Shown: positions 1 through 10,805 of the stretch, one piece after another
Layout of the letters: every line of letters begins with the position of its first letter
Position numbering within the stretch: position 1 is the first letter of the stretch
The notes under the pieces: generated by a model
Databases searched by the model: none
What the model was told of the DNA's origin: nothing
What the model saw: the letters and a program-made list of their open reading frames with translations, nothing else
Program-made: the position numbers and the translations under genes
Source: a virus
Lineage: Duplodnaviria > Heunggongvirae > Uroviricota > Caudoviricetes
Reading direction: 5' to 3' (one strand)
Virus record (IMG/VR): IMGVR_UViG_3300046047_000272
DNA: 64,000 nucleotides

Positions 1-459
1 ATGACTATTGATATACACTTGCGTTTAAGGACTATTATGCAGATTTTTGAAAAATTCCATAATGCTGACATTCTCTATTCTATAGATGAATCCTCATATC
101 TATCTAATGATATAAGGGACCTTATACAACGATATCACTTAAACGGTAATCAGGAAATCATTGAGGTCGTTGAATTGAAATCACACGGACATCATGAAGG
201 GGCAAAACTCCTACAGTCTCTTATAGACAATTATCCTCACTCGGTCATTGTATTAAAGGCTGAGCCAATGTTTCATGATAGCAGCCATTATATACAGTCA
301 TTACAAAACGGTTCGTTTGATAAGAGACTAACTTTCCTCAGGGGCTATTATGAACGTGAAGGATTCATCAATATTAATCATTATATTGATTATGATCACG
401 CCTGTGCATTCATATATGATAATGACGCTGGATTAGCCATAATAAAGCTAATGGATTAA
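1..459 (+). CDS. putative GNAT-fold protein (possibly 5'-truncated by window edge)
   Basis: HGHHEGAKLL resembles GNAT motif A; LRGYYEREGF resembles the C-terminal FYER.GF motif. Confidence 0.4.
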   Translation: MTIDIHLRLRTIMQIFEKFHNADILYSIDESSYLSNDIRDLIQRYHLNGNQEIIEVVELKSHGHHEGAKLLQSLIDNYPHSVIVLKAEPMFHDSSHYIQSLQNGSFDKRLTFLRGYYEREGFININHYIDYDHACAFIYDNDAGLAIIKLMD

Positions 460-592
460 TTGGGTAATTACTCTACGAATATAAGAATGTGAAAGTACAT
501 GATATCGTACAATAGTCTCCAGTGAGTACTACGAATATCATATAAACTAATAATCAATCATTATTGAGATGAACAATTAAGGAGCACATTCA

Positions 593-2122
593 GTGCATAT
601 TTTACAATCAGTGATACGACCGATAATGGCAATATCAATATCAGGTGTCCTGTTAATGGGTCTCGCGTCCACGGCCCATGCGGACGGTATGTCAACAGAA
701 CCATCTGCATCATCGTCAGAGACAACACAGGCAGAACAAATTGATGCATCCTACGTCGTATTTGATAAAGCGAATGTGCTGACCACTGAAACGAAGGATT
801 GGTTAGTCAGAGAAAATCAGTCATTACAATCTACTGAAAACAAGCCTGTCGTCGCTGTGTATACAGAGAACAGTCTTCCTGACGGCGCTAATATTGATAC
901 TTACAGAACGCAGGTTTTCAATGATCTCAAGATCGGCGGCCGTGATAGGAACAATGGCGTGTTAGTTCTCGTGTTCCCACAATAACATAAATACGCCGTG
1001 GCCTATGGCGCCGGTATTAATGGTCAATTGGCAGACGCTTTGAGCAATGATTACATTCAGTCAGTGTCAACATCGTATTTTAGAGAGGGTAATTATGACG
1101 CTGGCATCAGAGCAGCATTACAATCAACGATAGCAATCGTGACATCAAATGGCACGAGTAGCAATCACGCGAATGATGATTATGATTTTAGCTTGTCGAA
1201 ATCTGAATCATTAGCCATGGGTCAATCTGGTGCATTACTATTAGTAGGTATAGCTATAGCCGCCTCAGGATCCTATGCCGGTTACACGATCATAGCGAAG
1301 AGAAGGAAGAAGAAAGCTATAGATGCTTGGATGGATCAACATTATGTTGGACCATCACGTCAGGAATTCGACGCAAGAAGATCGAGTATTGAGAAATCCA
1401 TACTTAACAAGTATAAGGATCAGCGATCAGTGTCTGACGAATTTATAGCGAAATCAATCATTACAGAATACACTTTGCATCAATTCCCTGAGGACGTCAA
1501 GAACAGCCCAGCATATAGGAACACGGTTGATTATCATAAGTGGATGTTATCGAAAGTCAACACAGCGAATGTACACATTGATGAAGACTTTGACGTCAAT
1601 GCCTGTGTTCGAAACATTAACGAGCAACAGGACGCCATGGATCAGATGACCAATAAGAATATTGATGTACTTAATAGGGTCGCCGCTGACCATCTATATG
1701 ACGATGTACGATCTAGTCTTGAAATCAAGGATATGGCTGAGGAGGCCAGTAAGAATGGAGGTTTTCTTGATGCGTCGAAGGCTAAAAGGATATTAGATAC
1801 GCAAGCAGCAGACATCAGATTCAACAAAGATTATGAGAGTTTCAAATCAAGTCATATTGACCTTATTGGCAGTGGATTCAAGGACAATGCTTTTAAGAAT
1901 CGATTACGATCATGTCCACAATATGACGATTATTACACGGGATCAATTGCTGACGCCACTTGGATATGGCTGTTCTTTAATGAGATAGGCGCTGATGATA
2001 GTTCTAATTCCACGTTCTATTATCATAATCATTCCTCTGATAGTAGCTCTAGTAGTTCGTTCTCTGATAGTGATTTTAGTGGAGGATTCTCAGATGGTGG
2101 AGGATTCAGTGGAGGATGGTGA
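593..2122 (+). pseudogene. TPM-domain membrane protein interrupted by one in-frame TAA (983-985)
   Basis: Signal peptide; TPM motifs (FNDLKIGGRDRNNGVLVLV...VAYG.G, YFREGNYDAGI); TM helix; SGGFSDGGGFSGGW tail. ORFs 593-985 and 998-2122 are in the same frame. Confidence 0.75.
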
Positions 2123-2190
2123 GTTGACACCATTGCTATATCAATGAAACGTAGTATATAATCACCCTTAAATAACCTTAGGAGTAATCA

Positions 2191-3099
2191 ATGATCTTTT
2201 TGAAAAACTATACAGCTAAGCCCTCTGATGATGCATTCCTTGATGATGACGATATTGTTTATCTCCGATCAGTTAACGATCCATATACGAGCGATGATAT
2301 AGGCGGACTAGTCTATGGTTTTAATGAGATGAGAAAGATGGATCATAATGAGTATGATCACATCAGCGAGTATATCAATTCACAGCAACAGAATGCGGAT
2401 TTCATCCTTCAGCATGGCCACAATAGCTACGCCTTCGTGATATCCAATGGATTATTCCATCCTAAGGGCAGAGTCGGGGCGCCTTCAATAGTCAATGGTC
2501 ATCAACCAGACTCGTATTTTTCAAAATCGATTTCCTACAGGAAGGATGACATTTATCTTAATGGGGCTATCCTTCGAGGAGAATACAATGGTGATTACAT
2601 CAATGACAAGGCTCCTGCATTCATCGAATCATTCATTAATGCAAAGGTTGGTCATCGTAAAAACATGCATCATGTGCGATGGCATCAATATACCACTGAT
2701 CAATCCCTGAAACACTGGGCTAATAGCATCATCCAATACGATGACCATCAACACCATGACCTTATTGACACCTTCTGTCATGACGTAGACGGCATGATTC
2801 GTCATATGGATCATGTCTATCAATCGATCAAGGACATCATACCAGACCAATCACCGGTGGGCGATCTTATCGATCACGCTAAGACGGTGCGCGAATCGTA
2901 TATCAGTACGGTTAAGGATACATCAACAATAGTCGACGCGAGTCCATTCATCGATCTTATTACGGAAGACATGGAGCAGATTGATTACACGCTAATCAAT
3001 ATTCGACGATCTGGTCTATATGAATCTCAACAAGCCATCATTCAAGGAATGCACACTATTAATGACGCTATCATATCAGTTAAAGAATTGACGCAATAA
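2191..3099 (+). CDS. hypothetical protein
   Basis: 302-aa ORF preceded by AGGAG RBS. Confidence 0.7.
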   Translation: MIFLKNYTAKPSDDAFLDDDDIVYLRSVNDPYTSDDIGGLVYGFNEMRKMDHNEYDHISEYINSQQQNADFILQHGHNSYAFVISNGLFHPKGRVGAPSIVNGHQPDSYFSKSISYRKDDIYLNGAILRGEYNGDYINDKAPAFIESFINAKVGHRKNMHHVRWHQYTTDQSLKHWANSIIQYDDHQHHDLIDTFCHDVDGMIRHMDHVYQSIKDIIPDQSPVGDLIDHAKTVRESYISTVKDTSTIVDASPFIDLITEDMEQIDYTLINIRRSGLYESQQAIIQGMHTINDAIISVKELTQ

Positions 3100-3111
3100 G
3101 TCTTTATCCTC

Positions 3112-4087
3112 ATGCAGGAATTCGAGGAATTGATATCTACTATTCGATACAGGAGATTGGCTCCTGTTCCCCGCCATCCTGACAGGATAAGATTCCACAT
3201 GGATGAACCATATGGTATTACTAAGGAACATCATATGATATTCAACGAAGCTAGTGAACGATATTTCAAACAACGTCCGAAAAACGATATACCCGATGGA
3301 TACAAGTACAATAGCGTCATTCAAGAGATCAAAACATTAAATGCTATGCCGACATTTCCACAACGATCAACCTCTTAATCTGGGCAAGAATGAACTTCCA
3401 ATAGGCTTCGACTCGCAACACTTGTTGCATACCGTTGACATTGCCCAATACCCGAACATGCTGATCTACGGAGGGACGGGAAGTGGTCGAACGCTGTATG
3501 ACAGTTGGATAGCCAGCAGTCTCGCCAGTAAGCCAGATGACTGGCTGGTCTGCGTCTATGATGCATTCGATGATGGTATTATGACGAATTGGTCATGGAT
3601 ACGGGATTTTCGCCCCAGAAACATCGATCTTACTGATAATATCTACAGGGATATTGACAGAATAGACCATGAATTAGCCTTACGGAAAATGATACCTGAG
3701 GACGATAGGGAACGATTACCACGAATACTACTCATCATCGACTTTAATGATCGTGTTGATGATTACCAACTCATTGAATATATTAGCCATCTCATGCATA
3801 CATATCAGGACGCAAAGTTATCCGTCATTATCACCACCCAGAGACCAGACGCTAAGCTCATACCAGAAGAATTCAGGAAGCTATTCCATAATAATGTCTA
3901 CCTTGGATTCGTTAACCCGACTATCAGAGGATTTGATCCATATTTTCCAGAGGCTATTCGCCGGCAACTTCCAAGAAAAATCGGATTGGTATCGCACACA
4001 TCATCTGTAGGATACGAGGCTGCGATGATACCTAGTCTTTCCAAGAAGGACTTGGAGCGAATACTCAATGGCCATTGTTGGCGATAA
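3112..4087 (+). pseudogene. FtsK/SpoIIIE-like P-loop ATPase, apparently split by a frameshift near 3355
   Basis: PNMLIYGGTGSGRT (Walker A variant), RILLIID (Walker B), IITTQRPDAKLIP. Upstream ORF 3112-3378 overlaps in another frame. Confidence 0.65.
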
Positions 4088-4100
4088 GGTCTAGATAGAC

Positions 4101-4144
4101 AGATGGGGCTTGACACCTGTATTATACGGTGTCAAGCCCCATCT
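4101..4144. terminator. 17-bp stem hairpin after FtsK-like gene
   Basis: agatggggcttgacacc...ggtgtcaagccccatct. Confidence 0.6.
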
Positions 4145-4582
4145 TAGTGTTATCTAGTTTTATATTCTTTCAAAGGCGTCACTATGAAGAATGTCAAGTT
4201 GCTGATGCCAGAAACCCTCATCATGTAGTAACAGCTCGTCCCTCGTCATGTGCTCATGCTCTGTCGACTGAATATCCCGCGAAATCTCATCATGATCGTT
4301 CATTACGATATCACCTCCATATAGATCATTATATCTCAGATCTAATCTTCATTCCTGGAGGTACATCAATCAGCTACAGCAAGATCCACCATCAACGAGT
4401 GGTATCGTCGTCAAGGAGAACACCCCAGAAGAATTACGGATTGATTAAATCAACCTATGAAGACCTATGCTCATCAATACAGGCCTTAACGATCATCCAT
4501 GAACAATTCCATAAACTTATCCAGAATTGAGTATGATGTTATATATACAATCTACGAGTTGATATTACCTACGGAGGTTATC

Positions 4583-5182
4583 ATGACTAAAGGTGTTCTT
4601 ACTCATATCAATAAGAATGGTAATGCAGCGGTATGTCAAGCGAATAAGAGGAAATGTCCATATAATGCGAGCAGTCATCACCAATTCTACAATACTGCTT
4701 CCATTAAGCAATACAATGATCTAGAGCACATTGTAAAGAAGTTCAATGGGATGTCAAGTAGATTTATCAAAGAATCTCAGGAAGCCCTTACCAATGGCAC
4801 CCTATTATCAAATGATAATCTTCAAAAAGCTGCGGAGGATTACGCCAAGTCATGGATTACTCTACAACAATTGGAGTCCATAAACGAAGATGAATATAGA
4901 AAGCACAGTAACCATGCCTGGATTCCCAGATTCACAGCAGCTATTACAGAGAATGAGAGCACTGGCGTACCGGCTACGATGATCGACGTGGTCAACACTG
5001 ATCAGAATCCTAATGCAACCATAGAGGATCGTCTAAAAGCTGAGCTGTCAAGAGGAGAAGTCAATGACTGGCTCTGGGCACATGCTCAGAATCCAAGAGA
5101 CACCTGGTTGCAAGTGAAGAATATGGTCAATGATCCTGATGTAGATGAGCATTCATTTTCAATGAGTAACGGAAATACCTAG
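4583..5182 (+). CDS. hypothetical protein with N-terminal Cys/His leader
   Basis: GGAGG RBS before ATG 4583; HINKNGNAAVCQANKRKCPY...HH. Confidence 0.7.
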   Translation: MTKGVLTHINKNGNAAVCQANKRKCPYNASSHHQFYNTASIKQYNDLEHIVKKFNGMSSRFIKESQEALTNGTLLSNDNLQKAAEDYAKSWITLQQLESINEDEYRKHSNHAWIPRFTAAITENESTGVPATMIDVVNTDQNPNATIEDRLKAELSRGEVNDWLWAHAQNPRDTWLQVKNMVNDPDVDEHSFSMSNGNT

Positions 5183-5193
5183 GAGAGTCATTT

Positions 5194-5765
5194 ATGAGTC
5201 AAACACGTCTTTACGGTATTACCGCTGATAAGACAATCAGCGAGTGCCATGCAAAGGATCCAAACACATGTCGATATCATACCGATCATCTGTCCATGAC
5301 GAAGCATGAAGCTGACGAGTGGATGGAAAGTATTATGAATCACAGGATAATGTACATCCATTACATAAGGAATACGGCGTCTATGATTATCGTCAACTAG
5401 ATGACTCTGACTTTACATCATCAAAAGAACGAGATAGCGTCAAAAGAGTATGGACAGATCATCAAGATAATCTTATTACAAATGTCCAAGAAGATGTCAT
5501 CATCGATAGCAATACCGATACGAGAAAATCTCCGTTCATTAAACATCCAAGTCGATCATTTCTTACATCAAGTTTAGATATTGCTCATCGTGATTGGTCA
5601 TACGATCATAATTCTCGTGATCTTACTCAGTCTGATTACCACACTATCAATAATTTCCATGCTACTAGCGCCATTATCTTTGAACAGGGTTGGACCGCAG
5701 CATTCGATGAACAGGGCAGACAATTAAACATCACATCTGATGGCGCTTGGATTGAACGTCTATAA
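5194..5765 (+). pseudogene. Cys/His-leader protein, frameshifted at the A-run near 5327
   Basis: YGITADKTISECHAKDPNTCRYHTDH; adding one A joins EWME to KYYESQ of ORF 5319-5765. Confidence 0.6.
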
Positions 5766-5785
5766 GAATTAACCTATAATTGCAT

Positions 5786-6084
5786 CTAAGCCGCCGTCCT
5801 CGGACGTAGCCACGAGGATCAATAATTACTCGGATACGGGGTCTTCGGCCGATAGACCGGTGGTTCTGTGCGTCTCAACACGATCTCACCGTCATTCCTC
5901 AATGAAGAGGATGCATATTACACGAGAACTGCTGCATGACAATCATATCATAGGGCGTTGGCTCTGTAGAACCGGTGGAGAGCATCACATTCTAGCGTGC
6001 AGGTCCGATCTTATGGAACCGCGGCACTGCAACGATAGAGCGTGTGCACGAGGAAGCATATCCTAGGAATACGCTCTGCAGGAG
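5786..6084 (+). repeat. ~300-bp structured repeat, full copy A (candidate ncRNA or ssDNA element)
   Basis: ctaagccgccgtcctcggacg...gaagcatatcctaggaatacgctctgcaggag; 9 other copies in window; TATAAT at 5775. Confidence 0.9.
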
Positions 6085-6206
6085 TGACCGACGTCTCACA
6101 ACTCATCCATGGTTCAGCACCAGCTCGCATCTCCAACGCCCAAGCAACCTGTCCTTGCTAGACCACAACAGATCGAGCCAATATACTCCATGTCCTAAAC
6201 GTATTT

Positions 6207-6289
6207 CTAAGCCTTCATTCTCGGATTGAGTTGCTAGGATCAATAATTACTCGGATACGGGGTCTGCATCCGTTAGACCGGCGGTTCTG
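6207..6289 (+). repeat. 5'-only copy B of the ~300-bp repeat
   Basis: ctaagcc...ggatcaataattactcggatacggggtctgcatccgttagaccggcggttctg. Confidence 0.85.
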
Positions 6290-6377
6290 ATTAGGATAAC
6301 AACCAATTAAGTCATATGGTCATAATTTCCAATGGTGCGGTATTATAAGTTAATATCTACGACTTATAGGGGGATTC

Positions 6378-7074
6378 ATGACGACTCAACAACACGATGA
6401 TATTGGTATTCTAATTGATGAACGAGGTATCATTATTAAAAATGGGAAGCAGTACATTAGCATTAAATTAGATAATCCCATAAGTGCGTCTATCTTCAAG
6501 AGTATTGGTAGAATTGGACAACCAGGTGGTTATCCTGATGTATATAGTCTCATTAAGGAATTCGCTGCGGCATACACATCGTATCAGGAGATATCTGAAT
6601 TTAAGGATCATTCTGATGAGCAATCTGATCTGACAGAAGATTTTATCAATAATCTTATCGCTGATTTTCATGCAGTAAGCGGTAATGGACAGTCATTACC
6701 GGTATCAGATGACATTATATCTGTTTTTCAGTCCTAAAGGCAAGATTATTAATTTACCAGTGAATGCCACACCTATCGATTATGCTTATACTATTGACCC
6801 TACGAGATGGTTAGGCTTACACGCTATGGGATGCCGTATCAATGGTGTTCTCAGTAGCTTAGACACGGTTCTACATGTAGGCGATACAATAGAAATCATC
6901 GTATCACATTCTGATGAGAATGCAGGCGTTCCGATTGATTGGCTTGATTTTGTGGTCACCGATGTAGCAAAACAAGCCATTATTGATGGTTTGAAAGATT
7001 TAGATAGCAATTCTAAGACAATCATCGATTGGGATAGAGTGATGGACGCGTTAAAGAATAATCATTTATCCTAG
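6378..7074 (+). pseudogene. stand-alone RelA/SpoT C-terminal (TGS) fragment protein, frameshift at T-run ~6724
   Basis: FSPKGKIINLPVNATPIDYAY...GCRING...LHVGDTIEII...DWLDFVVT matches Rel TGS. No synthetase or hydrolase domain. Confidence 0.7.
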
Positions 7075-7138
7075 AATTATCATTGGCGCTCACGTTAGAT
7101 GTATATTACCAAGCCTATAAGCACAGGAGGATGATGGT

Positions 7139-8344
7139 ATGACGCAATCAACATCGATATATGGCAAGAACACTGATGGATCGTATAGCATTTGTAAGGC
7201 TAAGCCAGGCAATGAGGGTAGATATGGCTGCCATCATGTTGAGGGATCTCACGTACAATTAACACCTAATGAATTCCAAGACAAGCAAGAGGAATATTAT
7301 CGTAAGAATCAGTCTGCAATCGGTAGCATGAAAAAGCCCGGTACTAAGCCAGAACGAAACGATGATACTCTCAGCAAGCAGACTGAAACGAAGATCGTCA
7401 AAAAGAACCTTCGTATTGATAAGGGTGACACTGCTCACAAGCCGATAGGAAAAATCGTATCGATAGACGGTGTTCAGGGTGATTATGGCGAGGTCATGGC
7501 TAAACGAGGATCAAAGTACACCACGTTAACTGATGAGCATGGTAATACATATCGATTCGATATTAGTCACACCATTAAATATGAACAACAGGTCACTGAA
7601 CTAACACCTGAAGCGAAACTGGCCAAGCGCAGGAACGATTATCGAGAAGGATTCCTGGATAAAAGCAATCTGGTATCATCAAGCTTTCATAAGATCAATG
7701 CTAAGATAGCTGATGATCTTGACCATAAGAGGCCTTTCAGTCCATTCGACATTAAGAAATACAATGAAGAGAAAACTCTGAACGAGTTTAATCAGCGGGT
7801 CATGTCAGCTAATAAGGATGATCAGTTCGCTGGCACTCGTCAAGTATTAGAAGACATGTCACGTGATTATCAATACGATAACATACATGATCATGATGGT
7901 CGATTGTCAGCTGAGGATCGATATACCATGGCTAATTATGTCGATCAGTACGATAATATCAGAAGAGGACTGCCTACGCCGACGAGTGAGCAGAATGCTG
8001 CTATCAGAGTTGATTTAGGCAATGCGCTCAATAAGGCTCATATGGATTACGCTACGGCAAGGGCTGACATCCAAGAGCATGGCCTTACCGAAGCTCGTCA
8101 AGCCAGATTAGCTAACGCGCAGATGGGAACCGTATACTTCAGGAATATGCTTGATGATAGTGACGGTGGATCTGTAGCAGAGACCTACGCCCATTCGAAC
8201 TGGGCACCAGAAAGCCAGATTGTCGGTAGGCGTCTTGAACGAGCAGATCAGTATTCCACAAGTCCTTCAGGACAATCCAATAATGAGGCTACGATTCGAT
8301 GCGAAGCTGTACTCATATCATCTATCCTTCGCCAGACCAAATAA
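7139..8344 (+). CDS. hypothetical protein with N-terminal Cys/His leader
   Basis: YGKNTDGSYSICKAKPGNEGRYGCHH; AGGAGG RBS. Confidence 0.8.
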   Translation: MTQSTSIYGKNTDGSYSICKAKPGNEGRYGCHHVEGSHVQLTPNEFQDKQEEYYRKNQSAIGSMKKPGTKPERNDDTLSKQTETKIVKKNLRIDKGDTAHKPIGKIVSIDGVQGDYGEVMAKRGSKYTTLTDEHGNTYRFDISHTIKYEQQVTELTPEAKLAKRRNDYREGFLDKSNLVSSSFHKINAKIADDLDHKRPFSPFDIKKYNEEKTLNEFNQRVMSANKDDQFAGTRQVLEDMSRDYQYDNIHDHDGRLSAEDRYTMANYVDQYDNIRRGLPTPTSEQNAAIRVDLGNALNKAHMDYATARADIQEHGLTEARQARLANAQMGTVYFRNMLDDSDGGSVAETYAHSNWAPESQIVGRRLERADQYSTSPSGQSNNEATIRCEAVLISSILRQTK

Positions 8345-8357
8345 CATCTAATCAGAC

Positions 8358-8400
8358 TCATCTGGGGACGCATCTTACCAATAAATGCGTCCCCAGATGA
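8358..8400. terminator. 16-bp stem hairpin
   Basis: tcatctggggacgcat...atgcgtccccagatga directly after stop codon. Confidence 0.6.
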
Positions 8401-8412
8401 TATCTCACACCT

Positions 8413-8652
8413 ATGACACGATTACCAACATTAGAAGAATTTGCCAAACTCGGATCAACAGTATCAAGCGATCCCGCTAAGAAGGAAGCCCTCCGACAGA
8501 AGATCTACGCGCTGAATGGAGGCAATACCCACGTCGATGTCGGCAAATTAGCCGTGAGAATACACTTACAGGCCAAATCTCAAGGCATAGCTAAAGCAAC
8601 GCCAATACCCGTCATTAAGAAATTCCTATCAGATATATTAGACGACGAATAA
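8413..8652 (+). CDS. small hypothetical protein
   Basis: 79-aa ORF with protein-like composition. Confidence 0.55.
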   Translation: MTRLPTLEEFAKLGSTVSSDPAKKEALRQKIYALNGGNTHVDVGKLAVRIHLQAKSQGIAKATPIPVIKKFLSDILDDE

Positions 8653-8773
8653 TCGCCCTCATTATCATAAGCTAATGTCTATTATCAGTGACAGATCAAA
8701 CGATTCCCGCTAAGATCTGCCACTCTTATCTACATTCATGATTATTGGTCCAATCATGAATCTATAATGGTTA

Positions 8774-8820
8774 CCTGAAGCTGTCATTACTGGTCATTGA
8801 CCAGTAATGACAGCTTCAGG
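8774..8820. repeat. perfect 23-bp-arm palindrome
   Basis: cctgaagctgtcattactggtca-t-tgaccagtaatgacagcttcagg. Confidence 0.9.
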
Positions 8821-9050
8821 CAGCACCCCTTCCGGGGACAGCGCCCGATCAGGACTAATAGTTCTGCGTACACGCTGCGGCGACGCGACCACAGGCGCGC
8901 CGCCTTTGAATCTTGCTATGGCTGTTCTGTATCCTATTCACATGAGGTTAACGTACTCGCGTGGTTTCAGGTACTTGGGCGGTTCCTTCATGTTTCCTCC
9001 GTTTTCCTGTTTATATAACCATATTATACCTTAACATACTAATATAAGCC
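8821..9050 (-). mobile_element. probable IS607-family remnant (truncated TnpA N-terminal HTH)
   Basis: From ATG 8991 (GGAGG RBS, upstream TATAAT): MKEPPKYLKPREYVNLM*IGYRTAIARF, like the MerR-type HTH of IS607 serine recombinases. Stop at 8938-8940. Confidence 0.45.
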
Positions 9051-9167
9051 ATTGTTTACGAAGGTTTGTTATGACATGATGACCATCCTCGGTTAGATAC
9101 TCTATAGAAAGGAACAGTTCAGGCAACGATTCTGTTCTCAACGGTTAGGGATCACTTGGAGGTCATT

Positions 9168-9938
9168 ATGGAGTATATGGGCATTATGAAAACCACTGGG
9201 CAAATGACGCCATGTCACGCTAAAAATCCTGAGACATGCCGATATCATACCCAACATCAGCCATTTGACCAACATGATCTAGACTCCTTCAATGAGAGGA
9301 TCATTGCTGCACAACATCAAAACGATCACACGTCATTCAAGAAGAAGCACATGCAACCATCTATACGATTAGACGATCAGTCAACTAGGAAAGAGTATTT
9401 CACCATCATAGGATCTGATGACCGAACCATCAATGAATCATATGGCCGTGACTTAGCTCAACGCTTACTTCCCGGATCATACCGATCGTATATGTATGAT
9501 CCTTCATCACAAGAGGATGTGGCTGTCATCTTACACATGGATGATCATGGTCAGATTACCTCAGATATCTACAGCGGCCATGACAAAAGCGAAGTAGACG
9601 CCATACCGATACAGGACGCTAGCGTACAAGCACTCGCATTTACTGATCACATGCGCCAATTATCAGATCGAGTCACTGAGCTAGCCAGTCGACAAGATGA
9701 GAATGATCAGAGCGTCTACTCCTCAGTCAGCGCGGATCTCAGTGACCTTGTCAACAATCATCCATGCATTGATATTAGTGATACGGTTCCAATCGTCGAT
9801 AAGCTCGTAGATCTTAGGGATCAATACCATGATGCCGGTGATGACGCTGATTTTGACGGGGATCATGAAACAGGTGCACGATACCACGCCTCAGCTGATA
9901 TGATTGAGGATATACTACCAACATATCTAAGTCTATAG
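9168..9938 (+). CDS. hypothetical protein with N-terminal Cys/His leader
   Basis: YMGIMKTTGQMTPCHAKNPETCRYHTQH; GGAGG RBS. Confidence 0.75.
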   Translation: MEYMGIMKTTGQMTPCHAKNPETCRYHTQHQPFDQHDLDSFNERIIAAQHQNDHTSFKKKHMQPSIRLDDQSTRKEYFTIIGSDDRTINESYGRDLAQRLLPGSYRSYMYDPSSQEDVAVILHMDDHGQITSDIYSGHDKSEVDAIPIQDASVQALAFTDHMRQLSDRVTELASRQDENDQSVYSSVSADLSDLVNNHPCIDISDTVPIVDKLVDLRDQYHDAGDDADFDGDHETGARYHASADMIEDILPTYLSL

Positions 9939-9971
9939 ACATACGACACCGCTAGGATATATCTACATCTT

Positions 9972-10805
9972 ATGACATGGCATCTACAACAAAAGACCAT
10001 TAAGGACATTAAACCAGGTGACCTCACACTAGACGCTGACGGTAAGGTATCGCGCGTCTTATCAAAAACCGAGGAACATCGCCCAGATGATCTCTATGAA
10101 TTGACGTTCGTCACCAAGAATAAGACCATGACGATACTAGCTGATGGCCAACATGTCTGGCCTATAGATCCTAATCGAGGTGGTATTCCATATGAAGCTA
10201 AAGGTGAATCAGAAGCAACAACAGAGGATCTAGCCGTATGGTCCACTAGAGGGCTTCATCCATCATTGACCATCACGTCAACAGCGACAGGCGGACCATC
10301 ACGTCCATGGATGCTGAAAAGTTGTATCTTAACCGATGACTCTACCCAAGCATCGACACGAGTGGCCTGTCTAAGCGTCAATTCACCATCACACACCTTC
10401 ATGCTTGCATCACAGTCAGCGGTCAAGCAACCATCAACAACAACCACCGTACTCGTGACGGCTAATGATGGATCATCATATGAAATCTCACGTGATGACT
10501 ATGATCGCGCTATGAATGATGCCCTGCCCACGCATAATTGTGGAGGACCGCTGCCATTATCAACGATCATTCCATTAGCCGATGGGACCACCACAACCAT
10601 GGGTACCATTGCGACCGGAGACGTCGTCATCAGCCCAAGTGGACCATCTCCAGTACTATCGACGAGCCCAATCATGCCAGCCAAGAAACTCTACCATATA
10701 GATGTCGTAGACGATGACTCAGAAGAAGATTTGCCACAATGGACGATTGACGATCTTAGACAAGCAGAAGCCAGGTATCAGGCACAACATCAATTTGATT
10801 CGTGA
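9972..10805 (+). CDS. split-intein adaptor: IntC1 (class 3) - extein CGG - IntN2
   Basis: KTIKDIKPGD, ADGQHVW (block B), VACLSV (block F Cys), PTHN (block G) ending 10538; then CGG; then PLPLSTIIPLADGTTTTMGTIATGDVV (block A). Confidence 0.85.
   Translation: MTWHLQQKTIKDIKPGDLTLDADGKVSRVLSKTEEHRPDDLYELTFVTKNKTMTILADGQHVWPIDPNRGGIPYEAKGESEATTEDLAVWSTRGLHPSLTITSTATGGPSRPWMLKSCILTDDSTQASTRVACLSVNSPSHTFMLASQSAVKQPSTTTTVLVTANDGSSYEISRDDYDRAMNDALPTHNCGGPLPLSTIIPLADGTTTTMGTIATGDVVISPSGPSPVLSTSPIMPAKKLYHIDVVDDDSEEDLPQWTIDDLRQAEARYQAQHQFDS

Noticed and set aside
983-985. Stop-codon reassignment or readthrough
   Set aside because: Only isolated in-frame stops of different types (TAA, TGA); all three stops terminate normal genes and no suppressor tRNA was seen
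5860-6229. Short ORFs in the 300-bp repeats (HEEAYPRNTLCRS, RPRGSVIILVL; also 37344, 37569, 62023, 36600)
   Set aside because: Recurring peptides only reflect the DNA repeat. Frames, starts and stops are not conserved between copies
9168-9938. Upstream ORF as the missing N-extein+IntN1
   Set aside because: Its C-terminus has no intein block A and no FtsK pre-Walker A sequence
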